Positions 1 through 9,336 of a stretch of 64,000 bases of DNA are shown one piece after another. A model generated the notes under the pieces. It was not told where the DNA came from and did not search any database. It saw only the letters and a program-made list of their open reading frames with translations. The stretch is taken from contig CALBKX010000024.1 in NCBI GenBank assembly GCA_937895935.1, forward strand, positions 8,726-72,725, written 5' to 3'. The stretch is from an uncultured Clostridia bacterium. Lineage in GTDB: Bacteria; Bacillota; Clostridia; Christensenellales; UBA1242. Each line of letters begins with the position of its first letter. Within the stretch, counting starts at the first letter, position 1. The translations under genes and the position numbers were made by a program.

Positions 1-1
1 C

Positions 2-721
2 CAAGATTGTGATGATGCGGATATTATTTGTATAACAGCAGGCAGAAATCAAGAAATAGGTGAAACAAGATTAGACCTTATTCAAAAAAATACTTTAGTT
101 TTTAAATCAATAATTAGTGAGATAAATAAAACAAAATTTAAAGGTATTTTTTTAATAGCAACAAATCCATTAGATGTAATGACAAATATAACACAAATTT
201 TGAGTGGCGTTGACAAAAACAGAGTTGTTGGAAGTGGTACATTGCTTGACAGTGCAAGGCTTAGATATCTTGTGAGCAATTTAACAGGAATTAATCCAAA
301 AAGTATTCACGGATATGTTATAGGTGAACATGGTGATAGTGAATTTATTCCATTTAAAAATATGCAAATAGGACTTAATAAAGCAAGTGAATATCTTACT
401 GAAAATGATATGAGTAAAATAACTTATGATGTAAGAAACTCAGCATATGAAATTATAAATAAAAAAGGAAATACCTGTTATGGTATAGGTATATGTTTGG
501 CTAGACTTACAAATGCTATATTAGATGACTCAAAAAAGATATTTACAGTATCTTGCTATAATGAAAAATATAAAATGTATATTGGCGAACCAGCAATACT
601 TGGTAAAAATGGAATAGAAAAAGTTTTAAATTTGGATTTATGTGATGAAGACAAGTTTAAATTTGAAAATTGTGTAAATGCAATCAGCCAAGCAATTAAA
701 TCTATTTCTCATCTTCTTTAA
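2..721 (+). CDS. ldh: L-lactate dehydrogenase, 5' end cut by window edge
   Basis: The frame is open from nt 2 and reads QDCDDADIICITAGRNQEIGETRLDL...IATNPLDVMT...VIGEHGDSE, which are LDH substrate-loop and catalytic-His motifs. The Met at 179 in the ORF track is internal. Confidence 0.9.
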   Translation, partial: QDCDDADIICITAGRNQEIGETRLDLIQKNTLVFKSIISEINKTKFKGIFLIATNPLDVMTNITQILSGVDKNRVVGSGTLLDSARLRYLVSNLTGINPKSIHGYVIGEHGDSEFIPFKNMQIGLNKASEYLTENDMSKITYDVRNSAYEIINKKGNTCYGIGICLARLTNAILDDSKKIFTVSCYNEKYKMYIGEPAILGKNGIEKVLNLDLCDEDKFKFENCVNAISQAIKSISHLL

Positions 722-1376
722 TTTTATTATTTGTGTTACAATATCTGTTTAAAAAACACAAACTAACAACGGCAAAAATTATTGATATTATTTTTCCTAA
801 ATAAAGAGTAGCAAGTGAAATCCAAAAATCGCTACTTAAAAAAGAAATTTTTAATGATAAGGTGATGCCATAATATATAATTGAATCAATAAAACTTGCA
901 ATTAAAAGAGTTAACGCTGTATTAATGTAAATATTTAGTTTTTTGTTGAATATTTCAAATATTTTAATTAGCAGAAGGCTTGCAACAAGCGAAGAAATGC
1001 AACTTGCAAAATAAGCTAAAATGTCCTGTAAGTATTCAATAGCATAACCATTTGAAGCCACATTGGTTAAAAATTGGACTGCTGCGGCAAAAATAATTCC
1101 ACCTAAAGAACAAACAATTAATGTGTTTGTTTCTTTTTTTCCAAAATCTTTGTACATAATTAAAATACAAAATAAATATAAGACATAAATTACTGAATTC
1201 ATACCAAAATTCAATCCAAAAATATTTATTGGATAATCAATTGCATGAAAAATGTTAGCATTAACAATGCTACCTATCGCTATTGTGTAAAGAATTGATT
1301 TTTTCCATTTTATTGACCCTAAAATTAAAGTAGAATAACCTAAAATGCAAAAAATAATTAAATATATAATATTCAT
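702..1376 (-). CDS. Polytopic membrane protein, probably VUT/YhhQ-family (queuosine-precursor transporter type)
   Basis: 224 aa and all hydrophobic. The C-terminal half (ASFIDSIIYYGITL ... ISLATLYLGKIISIIFAVVSL) resembles E. coli YhhQ (GNVSDTLAFFFIAF ... IALVDYCFKVLISIVFF) as I recall it. No preQ1 riboswitch is seen upstream. Confidence 0.45.
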   Translation of the reverse strand: MNIIYLIIFCILGYSTLILGSIKWKKSILYTIAIGSIVNANIFHAIDYPINIFGLNFGMNSVIYVLYLFCILIMYKDFGKKETNTLIVCSLGGIIFAAAVQFLTNVASNGYAIEYLQDILAYFASCISSLVASLLLIKIFEIFNKKLNIYINTALTLLIASFIDSIIYYGITLSLKISFLSSDFWISLATLYLGKIISIIFAVVSLCFLNRYCNTNNKIKEDEK

Positions 1377-1580
1377 AAAAAGATTCCTAATTTTTAAAAT
1401 TAATTAAAAAAATAATTAAATTATTAAAAAATATTTAAATTTAATATTTTTAATGATAATAACATAAATTAATACATTTTTCAACATAATAAAATAAATG
1501 CTTTTTTTTAACAATAAAATTAACTATTGAAAAGTTTTATAATATGTGTTACCATATTGGTAGAAATATGGGGAGATAAT

Positions 1581-2270
1581 ATGAATATTTTAGAAGATGA
1601 AGGCTTTTGTACTTGTTGCGGAAATTTTGCTACATATAGTTATGGAGATGAAAATTATAGTTTAATTACTAAAGATTTATCAAACTACAACAAGTATAAA
1701 GATATATATGTATATAGATGTCCAAATTGTGGATTCATTTCTACTGACATTACTGGCATTGAAGGTGTTTTATATGGTGAAGTTCTTAATAGCTTGGAAT
1801 TCAAAAATACTTTAAAATATAAATATTTGGAAGGTTTGGATAAAGAACTTTACAATAATCATTCTTCTGAAATACCTGCAAACATTTATGAAGCGTATTC
1901 TTTTGTTTGTATAGAAGCAAAAGATTATGAAAAACTTGTTAGAGTTATAAATAAAACTATTGAACTAAAAACAATTATGGCAAACAGGTACAGAAAATCA
2001 CAAGATGAGCTCGGTGGAGAAGAAGATAATGATGATTTATATGACAAGCTGGATAAACTAATTAAAGATAGCATTGAAATTAACTCTAAACAAATTGATT
2101 TTTATTTTTCTCAACTTGATAGATCAAATATTTTTTTGAAACTTATTTATATTGAAAATTTAGCAAGGCTTGGAAAAAAAGAAGAAGCAAAAAAATTATT
2201 TCAAAAAATAACTAATAAATATTTACTTAAAGATGACTTAAAAATATATATAGCAGATTCAATAAAGTAA
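1581..2270 (+). CDS. Zinc-ribbon protein with helical/TPR-like C-terminus (DUF2225-like), function unknown
   Basis: Start moved to the ATG at 1581, which lies behind GGGGAG. There are two CxxC pairs (CTCCG ... CPNCG) followed by a helical K/E-rich region. Confidence 0.55.
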   Translation: MNILEDEGFCTCCGNFATYSYGDENYSLITKDLSNYNKYKDIYVYRCPNCGFISTDITGIEGVLYGEVLNSLEFKNTLKYKYLEGLDKELYNNHSSEIPANIYEAYSFVCIEAKDYEKLVRVINKTIELKTIMANRYRKSQDELGGEEDNDDLYDKLDKLIKDSIEINSKQIDFYFSQLDRSNIFLKLIYIENLARLGKKEEAKKLFQKITNKYLLKDDLKIYIADSIK

Positions 2271-2332
2271 ATGTTTATTAAATTTTAAAATAATGAATGA
2301 TACACTAAAACAAATGACTAAAAGGGGAACTT

Positions 2333-4048
2333 ATGACTAGATATGCTTTTGTTGATATGCACATCCATACAGCTTTTTCTGATGAACCACTGTGTGATAT
2401 GACAATCGAACAATTACTTGAAAAAGCACAAACCAAATCTAAAAAATTAGGTGGTGATTGTGTGATTTCTATTGCTGATCATAACACAATTTTAGGTGTT
2501 AAAAAGGCTAGAGAAATTCTTTCACAACAACCAAACAAATATCCAAACGTTAAATTAATTAATGGTATTGAATTTACAACTGACCTAATTGAACTAACAA
2601 AATATTTTGAAAATACCAGACTTTTTACTCGTTGTCATACACTAGCTTATGGCTATAATGAAAATGATAAAGAAATGTTGGCATATTCAAAAATCACTCA
2701 TAAGTTTTTTTCTGATAAAGATAATTTAGGAATGCAAATATGCTCTGCAAGACGAGCAATTTGTGAAACATATGATATTTACATTCCATTTTCTGTTCTT
2801 AGCCCAATGGCCGATTTGAAAAAGGGAGACCAATTTCAAGATACTTTTTTAAGTTTAGTTGAAGAATATTTTAAATATAAAAAAATTAACATTAATATAA
2901 AAAATGTTCAAGAAATAATTGACCATTTTCTTCCAAATTATTTAAGTTATCAAAGAGATGCTGAAAGTTTTGGCAGATTAAAAGTTTCGGAAATCGCTAA
3001 ACTTGTAAAGGATGCGGGGGGGGAGCTTGTTATTGCACATCCAGCATTAATTAGAACAACAACTCAAGGTCTAAGAACAATCGCCGAAAAAGAAAATATA
3101 CCTTTAAAAAATATTTATTCAACCAACAATAATAAGTTTAACAACAATACTGATTTGGGACACATTAAACAACAAAAATTAGTTTTAAACTATTTTATAA
3201 ATGCATTTGAAAAGGCGTGCGGTTATAAAATTAGTGGAATAGAAAAATACTATTCTTCAAATTTTGAATCTCGTTTGGATGAAGTAGTTGAAGAAGTTTG
3301 CAAAGAACGTAAATTATACGAAACTTGTGGTAGCGATTATCATGGAGTGCATCTTCACCCAAGTAAAAGTATTGGAAACGTATTATCAAATCAAATTCAA
3401 AATGCTTATAAAAAAGAATATGCTTTTGATTATCCAGATAATGCACCAATTAATGTAAGTGAGATTGCTTCAATTGAACATTTGATGTCAAATAATAGGG
3501 GTTTTTTCGCAAATCAAGCAGTTCTGACTGCATATGGAAAAGTTGTAGAAAAAGACATATTTAACAAAATAGTAAACGATTGTTGTAGTATTAAAAAAAT
3601 AAGAGCAATAAGTAAAAATGACCAAAAAGATATAAACTCTTTAAATTTCTCAAAAAGAATAGAAGAATTAATTAGTATTATAGAAAAAATTGAAAAAATC
3701 TATTTAAATCTTCATAAACCAAGTGATTGTGCAAAATTGTTATTAAGATTAAATCTTTTTGCTGAAAACGTGGTTACTGGTTTAAAGTTAATTAAATTTA
3801 AATCCGCAAAATATCAACAATTAAGGACAAACGAAGATTATGAAAAAATTTATGAGTTAATTAAAGTAATTAATAAAAAATTTGGACGACTTATAAAACA
3901 TCATCCACAATTGTTAAAAGACCTTAAAAAAGATATGAGGTATTATTATTCTAAAAGAAATGTTTATGTTTTTGAAATAACAAACCTAAAACTACTACCA
4001 CCAATAAAAGAACTTACAACAACATTGCAAAATGAAGCAATTAAGTAA
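2333..4048 (+). CDS. PHP-domain metal-dependent phosphoesterase with ~230-aa helical C-terminal extension
   Basis: PHP signatures are present: FVDMHIHTAFSD, IADHNT, AHPA, CGSDYHG. The SD AAAGGGGAA lies upstream. The C-terminal ~230 aa has no motif I recognise. Confidence 0.7.
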   Translation: MTRYAFVDMHIHTAFSDEPLCDMTIEQLLEKAQTKSKKLGGDCVISIADHNTILGVKKAREILSQQPNKYPNVKLINGIEFTTDLIELTKYFENTRLFTRCHTLAYGYNENDKEMLAYSKITHKFFSDKDNLGMQICSARRAICETYDIYIPFSVLSPMADLKKGDQFQDTFLSLVEEYFKYKKININIKNVQEIIDHFLPNYLSYQRDAESFGRLKVSEIAKLVKDAGGELVIAHPALIRTTTQGLRTIAEKENIPLKNIYSTNNNKFNNNTDLGHIKQQKLVLNYFINAFEKACGYKISGIEKYYSSNFESRLDEVVEEVCKERKLYETCGSDYHGVHLHPSKSIGNVLSNQIQNAYKKEYAFDYPDNAPINVSEIASIEHLMSNNRGFFANQAVLTAYGKVVEKDIFNKIVNDCCSIKKIRAISKNDQKDINSLNFSKRIEELISIIEKIEKIYLNLHKPSDCAKLLLRLNLFAENVVTGLKLIKFKSAKYQQLRTNEDYEKIYELIKVINKKFGRLIKHHPQLLKDLKKDMRYYYSKRNVYVFEITNLKLLPPIKELTTTLQNEAIK

Positions 4049-4065
4049 TTTTCCATTTAGTTTTA

Positions 4066-4112
4066 AAATAACGTTGAAATCTAAATCTAATTAGTTTTCA
4101 ACGTTATTTTTT
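4066..4112 (+). terminator. Rho-independent terminator after the PHP gene
   Basis: Stem AATAACGTTGAAA / TTTTCAACGTTATT followed by a T-run. Confidence 0.7.
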
Positions 4113-4218
4113 AATTGATATAAATCAGTATTTTTTTTAAGATTGAAAAATTTGTTGTAAAAAAAAATAAAATATGATATATTTTCAAAGTACAATTTTT
4201 TAAAGGAGTAATTACATA

Positions 4219-5505
4219 ATGTACGAGATAGTTAAAAATGAAAAAAATGAAGTCGAAGTTAAAATAACATTAAATAAAGATGAATGGAATTCTTACGTAG
4301 AAAAAGCTTATCAAGAAAACAAAGGTAAATTTAACATACAAGGATTCAGAAAGGGTTCGGCTCCTAGAAAAATAATAGAAAAAAATTATGGTGAAAGCGT
4401 TTTTTATGATGAAGCACTTGACCTTGCATTTGCAGACGAATATGGAAAATTTTTAAGTGAAAACACTTCACTTGAAATTATTGACCAACCAAGTTTAACA
4501 GTTGATAAATTTGATGGAACAGGTTTGGTTTTAACTGCAAAAGCACCTTTAATGCCTGTTGTAACTTTAGGTGAATACAAAGGTTTAAAAATTGAAAAAT
4601 ATACTGAAGTTTTAGACGAGAAAAAAGTAGAAAAAGAATTGAATCAAGCACGTGAAAGAAGTGCACGCTTTGTTGAAGCAAAGGAAGGAGAAGAGGCAAA
4701 AGAAGGCGATTTTGTTACAATTGACTTTTGCGGATTTGTTGACGGAAAAGAGTTTGAGGGTGGAAAAGCAGAAAATTATCGTTTAGAACTTGGCTCGCAT
4801 AGTTTTATTGATAATTTTGAAGACCAAATTGTTGGCATGAAAGTTGGTGAGGAAAGAGATATTAAAGTAACATTTCCAGCTGATTATCCTGCAGAGAATT
4901 TAAAAGGAAAAGCATCAGTATTTAAAATTACTTTGCATAAAATTGAAAATAAAGAACTTCCTGAACTAAACGATGAATTTGCATCAAATGTTTCAGAATT
5001 TGAAACTTTGGAAGAATATAAAGCAGATATTAAAAAACATTTACAAGAAACTTTAGATGAACATATTAAACGTGAAAATGAAAATCGTTTAATTAATAAA
5101 GTTGTTGAAAATGCAACCGTTGAAATTCCTCAAGTTTTAATTGATAGACAACTTGATATGTTTTTAAGAGATTTAGAAATGCGTCTTTCTTATCAAGGTA
5201 TGCGTTTAGTTGATTATTGCAAATTTGCCAACACGACAATTGAGCAATTAAGAGAAAATTATAAACCTCAAGCAGAAAATGCTGTTAAAACTCGTTTGGT
5301 TTTAGAACAGTTAATTAAAAATGAAAACTTACTTGTTACTGATGAAGAATTAGATGCAAGGCTTTCAACAGATGCGGAAAAATATAATAAATTATTGGAA
5401 GATTATAAAAAATCTATAAGTGATAAAAACTTAGCATATATTAAAAATGATATGCTTATGGATAAAGTTATTCTTTTTCTTACAAAAAACAACACTTTAG
5501 AATAG
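4219..5505 (+). CDS. tig: Trigger factor
   Basis: 428 aa. The GFRKGSAPRKIIE ribosome-binding loop and a central FKBP-type PPIase region (DFCGFVDGKEFEGG) are present. It sits immediately upstream of clpP-clpX, as in many bacteria. Confidence 0.95.
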   Translation: MYEIVKNEKNEVEVKITLNKDEWNSYVEKAYQENKGKFNIQGFRKGSAPRKIIEKNYGESVFYDEALDLAFADEYGKFLSENTSLEIIDQPSLTVDKFDGTGLVLTAKAPLMPVVTLGEYKGLKIEKYTEVLDEKKVEKELNQARERSARFVEAKEGEEAKEGDFVTIDFCGFVDGKEFEGGKAENYRLELGSHSFIDNFEDQIVGMKVGEERDIKVTFPADYPAENLKGKASVFKITLHKIENKELPELNDEFASNVSEFETLEEYKADIKKHLQETLDEHIKRENENRLINKVVENATVEIPQVLIDRQLDMFLRDLEMRLSYQGMRLVDYCKFANTTIEQLRENYKPQAENAVKTRLVLEQLIKNENLLVTDEELDARLSTDAEKYNKLLEDYKKSISDKNLAYIKNDMLMDKVILFLTKNNTLE

Positions 5506-5599
5506 AGTAAAAATATAAAAAGTAGTGTATACTTAAATGGCAAAAGGCAAATAAAAGCTTTTTGCCATTAGTTAAATAATGGATATAAAGGAGTTTACT

Positions 5600-6181
5600 A
5601 TGTTAGTACCTATGGTGGTTGACCAAACAACAAGTGGCGAAAGGTCTTATGATATTTATTCAAGATTATTAGAGGATAGAATAATATTTTTATCAGGTGA
5701 AATTACTGACGAAACGGCAAATAGTATTGTTGCACAATTAATTTTTTTGGAAGGAAAGGATCCTGAAAAAGATATTTCATTATACATTAACAGTCCCGGT
5801 GGAAGCGTTAGTGCTGGTCTTGCAATTTTTGACACAATGAACTTTATTAAGTGTGATGTAACAACTATCTGTGTGGGACTAGCTGCGTCTATGGGTGCGT
5901 TTTTGTTATCTAGTGGCACAAAGGGCAAACGATTTGCACTTCCAAATAGTGAAATTATGATTCACCAACCTTTAGGTGGTGCACAAGGACAGGCTAGTGA
6001 TATAGAGATACAAGCAAATCATATTAAACGAATTAAAGAAAAAATTAATAAAGTTTTAAGTGAACAATCAGGACAGCCTTTAGAAAAAGTACAAAAAGAT
6101 ACTGATAGGGACTTTTATATGTCAGCTGAAGAAGCATTGGAATATGGTTTAATTGATAGAATTTTTAATAAAAGAGATTAG
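5600..6181 (+). CDS. clpP: ATP-dependent Clp protease proteolytic subunit
   Basis: [31 protein letters not shown] (catalytic Ser) and MIHQP (His). Start set at the ATG at 5600, behind AAGGAG, rather than the track Met at 5579. Confidence 0.95.
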   Translation: MLVPMVVDQTTSGERSYDIYSRLLEDRIIFLSGEITDETANSIVAQLIFLEGKDPEKDISLYINSPGGSVSAGLAIFDTMNFIKCDVTTICVGLAASMGAFLLSSGTKGKRFALPNSEIMIHQPLGGAQGQASDIEIQANHIKRIKEKINKVLSEQSGQPLEKVQKDTDRDFYMSAEEALEYGLIDRIFNKRD

Positions 6182-6189
6182 GAGTTAAA

Positions 6190-7491
6190 ATGAATACAAA
6201 TCAAACAACAACTAAAGAGATGAAATGTTCGTTTTGTGGTAAACCACAAAGAATTGCTAAAAAGCTTATTTCAAGCCCTAATGCAGAAGCTTTTATTTGT
6301 GATGATTGTGTTGAAATATGCAGAGAAATTATGAATCAAGCAATGCCAGAAAAAAATCTTGGCAAGATTGATTTACCAGTTCCAGAACAAATAAAGGCAG
6401 AGCTTGATAAATATATAATCGGACAAGATGAAGCTAAAAAAGTTTTATCTGTTGCTGTTTATAATCATTACAAAAGAATTAATTATAAAATAGAAAACAA
6501 TAGCAAAAACAAACAAGAAGGCTATGATGATTATGTTGAATTAGATAAAAGTAATATTTTAATGGTTGGGCCAACAGGTTGCGGAAAAACTTTGCTTGCT
6601 AAAACTTTAGCAAAAATATTAAAAGTCCCTTTTGCTTGTGCTGATGCTACTACATTAACTCAAGCGGGCTATGTTGGAGATGATGTAGAAAATATTTTGT
6701 TAAAACTTATACAAAATGCCGACTATGATATTAAAAAAGCAGAACGTGGAATTATATATATTGATGAAATAGATAAAATTACACGTAAAAGCGAGAATAC
6801 TTCAATAACACGTGATGTGTCAGGTGAAGGAGTTCAACAAGCATTATTAAAAATAATTGAAAGCACAACTGCAAGTGTTCCACCTCAAGGTGGCAGAAAA
6901 CATCCTCAACAAGAAAACATACAAATAGATACTACAAATATATTATTTATATGTGGCGGTGCTTTTGTTGGGCTTGAAAAAGTGATTAAAAATCGTCTTT
7001 CAACATCTTCTTTAGGTTTTAATGCTGAAGTTAAAAAACAAAAAGAAGATAAGTTGGAAAATTATTTTAAACAAGTTACGCCTCAAGATTTTATTAAATA
7101 TGGTTTAATACCTGAATTTGTTGGAAGACTTCCAGTAGTTGTAGGCCTAAAAGATTTAGATGAAGACGCACTAGTTAAAATATTAACTGAACCAAAAAAT
7201 GCAATTGTTAAACAATATAAAAAACTTCTTGAAATGGATAATATAGATTTAGAGTTTGACCAAGAAGCAATCAAAACTGTTGCAAAAAAAGCAATTGAAT
7301 TAAAAACTGGTGCAAGAGGGCTTAGAACAATTTTAGAAGACCATATGCTAAATATTATGTATAACGCTCCAGAAGATAAAACAATTCAAAAAATAGTGAT
7401 AACTCCAAACGTTATTACTGATAACACTAAACCTATAATTGTTAGAAAATCTGAAGATGGTGTTGAAAAAGACAAAGTGGTAAATGAATAA
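6190..7491 (+). CDS. clpX: ATP-dependent Clp protease ATP-binding subunit ClpX
   Basis: N-terminal zinc finger CSFCGK...CDDC, Walker A GPTGCGKT, Walker [10 protein letters not shown], and sensor GARGLR. Confidence 0.96.
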   Translation: MNTNQTTTKEMKCSFCGKPQRIAKKLISSPNAEAFICDDCVEICREIMNQAMPEKNLGKIDLPVPEQIKAELDKYIIGQDEAKKVLSVAVYNHYKRINYKIENNSKNKQEGYDDYVELDKSNILMVGPTGCGKTLLAKTLAKILKVPFACADATTLTQAGYVGDDVENILLKLIQNADYDIKKAERGIIYIDEIDKITRKSENTSITRDVSGEGVQQALLKIIESTTASVPPQGGRKHPQQENIQIDTTNILFICGGAFVGLEKVIKNRLSTSSLGFNAEVKKQKEDKLENYFKQVTPQDFIKYGLIPEFVGRLPVVVGLKDLDEDALVKILTEPKNAIVKQYKKLLEMDNIDLEFDQEAIKTVAKKAIELKTGARGLRTILEDHMLNIMYNAPEDKTIQKIVITPNVITDNTKPIIVRKSEDGVEKDKVVNE

Positions 7492-7586
7492 TCTCTTTAG
7501 TTTATGAATTATAAAATTAGAATAATAATTATGAATTTAAAATATTAGTTAACATAATATTTATTAATAAAATATTAGTTTTTTTC

Positions 7587-7628
7587 AAAAAAGGCAAAAT
7601 CTGTACAGAACAAATTTTGCCTTTTTTA
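7587..7628. terminator. Bidirectional terminator between clpX (+) and the DUF1667 gene (-)
   Basis: AAGGCAAAAT / ATTTTGCCTT stem flanked by an A-run and a T-run. Confidence 0.75.
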
Positions 7629-7667
7629 TATTTTTATCTTAAGACCTTTTAGGTAAATTAATATACA

Positions 7668-8015
7668 TTAATTAATATCTATCGCATCTCTTGTCACAAT
7701 TATATCAACACCTTCAATGTCAGCAACATTTTTTATTATTGTTTCTCCATATTGAACTTTGTCTTTTTTAAAATTTTTTAAAACATTAAGAACGTCAAAT
7801 ATTTTATTTTTTGGCACGGCTTTTGTTGTTTTAACTGAGGCTATGCCGTTTGTGGTTTTTATCAAACTTGTTACTATTCGGGTAGGTGAGGTTACTTCAC
7901 TTATTCCATATTGTTTTCCACGAATGCAACCATTTCCACTAACTATAATTTCGTCTCCATTTTTTTCAATATTTAATTCGCATCCCACAGGACACATTAT
8001 ACAAGTTATTTTCAT
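7668..8015 (-). CDS. DUF1667 domain protein (third gene of the anaerobic FAD-oxidoreductase module)
   Basis: MKITCIMCPVGCEL...GNGCIRG Cys pattern typical of DUF1667, downstream of two FAD oxidoreductases. Confidence 0.8.
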   Translation of the reverse strand: MKITCIMCPVGCELNIEKNGDEIIVSGNGCIRGKQYGISEVTSPTRIVTSLIKTTNGIASVKTTKAVPKNKIFDVLNVLKNFKKDKVQYGETIIKNVADIEGVDIIVTRDAIDIN

Positions 8016-8115
8016 TTTATCTCCTTAAGAATCGACTAATAAATTTAAAATATCAAATTGGCATATGGCAATATTTTAAACTACACGCAAAAAGCGGATG
8101 CAATCATTTACATAT

Positions 8116-9336
8116 TTATTCAATACACAAAAATAATTTATCACAAACAAGTTCTCTATTTATGTTTATTGTTTGCATTTCACCGGGATTTATAGCCATA
8201 ACAAATTTTTCAAAAATTTTTTTATCACCAGAATAAACAACTATTTTTTGTTTAGTTACTCTTTTTTTAACTCTAAATTTTAAAGTAAAACTACCAGTTC
8301 CTAAATACACTTTATTGGGTACTGTATATGAAACATCATCACTTGTTGCAATGGAAACTGTCTCATTTCTTTTTGAAAGTTTATTAAGAGCAAAAAGAGC
8401 TGCATTTTTTCCCGCATCAATCGCTTCTTGTGTTACATTGTCTACTAAATCGTGAACATGTAAAAAATTACCACAAGCATAAACTCCAGGAAGGCAGGAG
8501 AGAGTATCATCTACAAAAACGCTATTAGTTTTTTTGTTAATATCAACATTTTCTAGCAAATCTGTTTCTGGGATAAGTCCAACAGATAAAATAACACAAT
8601 CACATTCTAAAAATTTTTTGGATTCTTCTATCCTGTTATAATTATCATCAACCTTACCATAATAAATGCCTTTTACTCTTTCATTTCCTACAACTTCAAA
8701 AATTGTAGTTGATGTATAAAGAGGAATATTATAATCATTTAGGCATTGAGCAATATTTCTTTTAAGTCCGCTTGTATTTTTATTTATTTCAAGCACACAT
8801 AAAACTTTAGCGCCTTCATAGGTTAATCGTCTTGCCATAATTAATCCAATATCGCCAGAACCTAAAATAACTATTTTTTTGCCGGGTAATTTTCCTTCAA
8901 TGTTTACCATTCGTTGAGCAAGTCCAGCAGTATAAATTCCCGCAGGTCTTGTACCTGTAAGCAAAATATTTCCTTGAGTACGTTCTCTACAACCCATCGC
9001 CAAAACTAAAGATTTGTATTTTAATGATTTTTTACCTAATGGATTGATTATTTCTATTTGTTTCTTTGATATTTTAGTGACAAATGTATCAAGCATAACT
9101 TGGATGTTTTTGTCTTCATTGACAAGTTTTACAAACCTTTCCGCATATTCAGGTCCAGTTAGTTCCTCGCCAAAATAGTGAAGCCCAAATCCATTGTGAA
9201 TACATTGGTTTAAAATTCCACCAAGCACATTATTTCTTTCAATTAAAAGCACCTTAGCGTTTTCCTTGCTAGCCGAAAGTGCAGCCCCCATACCAGCAGG
9301 TCCACCTCCAATAACAATTGTATCAATCATTGGCAT
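8116..9336 (-). CDS. FAD-dependent pyridine nucleotide-disulfide oxidoreductase
   Basis: N-terminal VIGGGPAGMGAA dinucleotide fold and a second Rossmann motif VILGSGDIGL. It overlaps the upstream gene by 14 nt. Confidence 0.85.
   Translation of the reverse strand: MPMIDTIVIGGGPAGMGAALSASKENAKVLLIERNNVLGGILNQCIHNGFGLHYFGEELTGPEYAERFVKLVNEDKNIQVMLDTFVTKISKKQIEIINPLGKKSLKYKSLVLAMGCRERTQGNILLTGTRPAGIYTAGLAQRMVNIEGKLPGKKIVILGSGDIGLIMARRLTYEGAKVLCVLEINKNTSGLKRNIAQCLNDYNIPLYTSTTIFEVVGNERVKGIYYGKVDDNYNRIEESKKFLECDCVILSVGLIPETDLLENVDINKKTNSVFVDDTLSCLPGVYACGNFLHVHDLVDNVTQEAIDAGKNAALFALNKLSKRNETVSIATSDDVSYTVPNKVYLGTGSFTLKFRVKKRVTKQKIVVYSGDKKIFEKFVMAINPGEMQTININRELVCDKLFLCIE

Noticed and set aside
1377-1526. 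Possible preQ1 riboswitch upstream of the VUT/YhhQ-like transporter (minus strand).
   Set aside because: The upstream region is almost pure A/T, with no C/G-containing hairpin and no AAAAAACUA-type tail. Nothing resembles preQ1-I, -II or -III.
5656-5928. 90-aa ORF antisense to clpP. Similar antisense or off-frame ORFs occur inside conserved genes: 82-279, 3231-3449, 4478-4699, 7083-7274, 7759-8028, 9654-10010, 13887-14099, 15792-16142, 16321-16509, 22629-22811, 23744-23962, 24704-24907, 26878-27066, 27894-28151, 28280-28510, 28757-29086, 32810-33067, 35713-35904, 36061-36425, 50827-51216, 53667-53918, 54070-54255, 54891-55094, 56817-57330, 57781-58510, 59349-59576, 61407-61607.
   Set aside because: They lie entirely within, and opposite to or out of frame with, genes that have strong family motifs. 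Their products are low-complexity with no SD. Such ORFs are expected by chance in AT-rich DNA, where sense-strand codon bias leaves open antisense frames.
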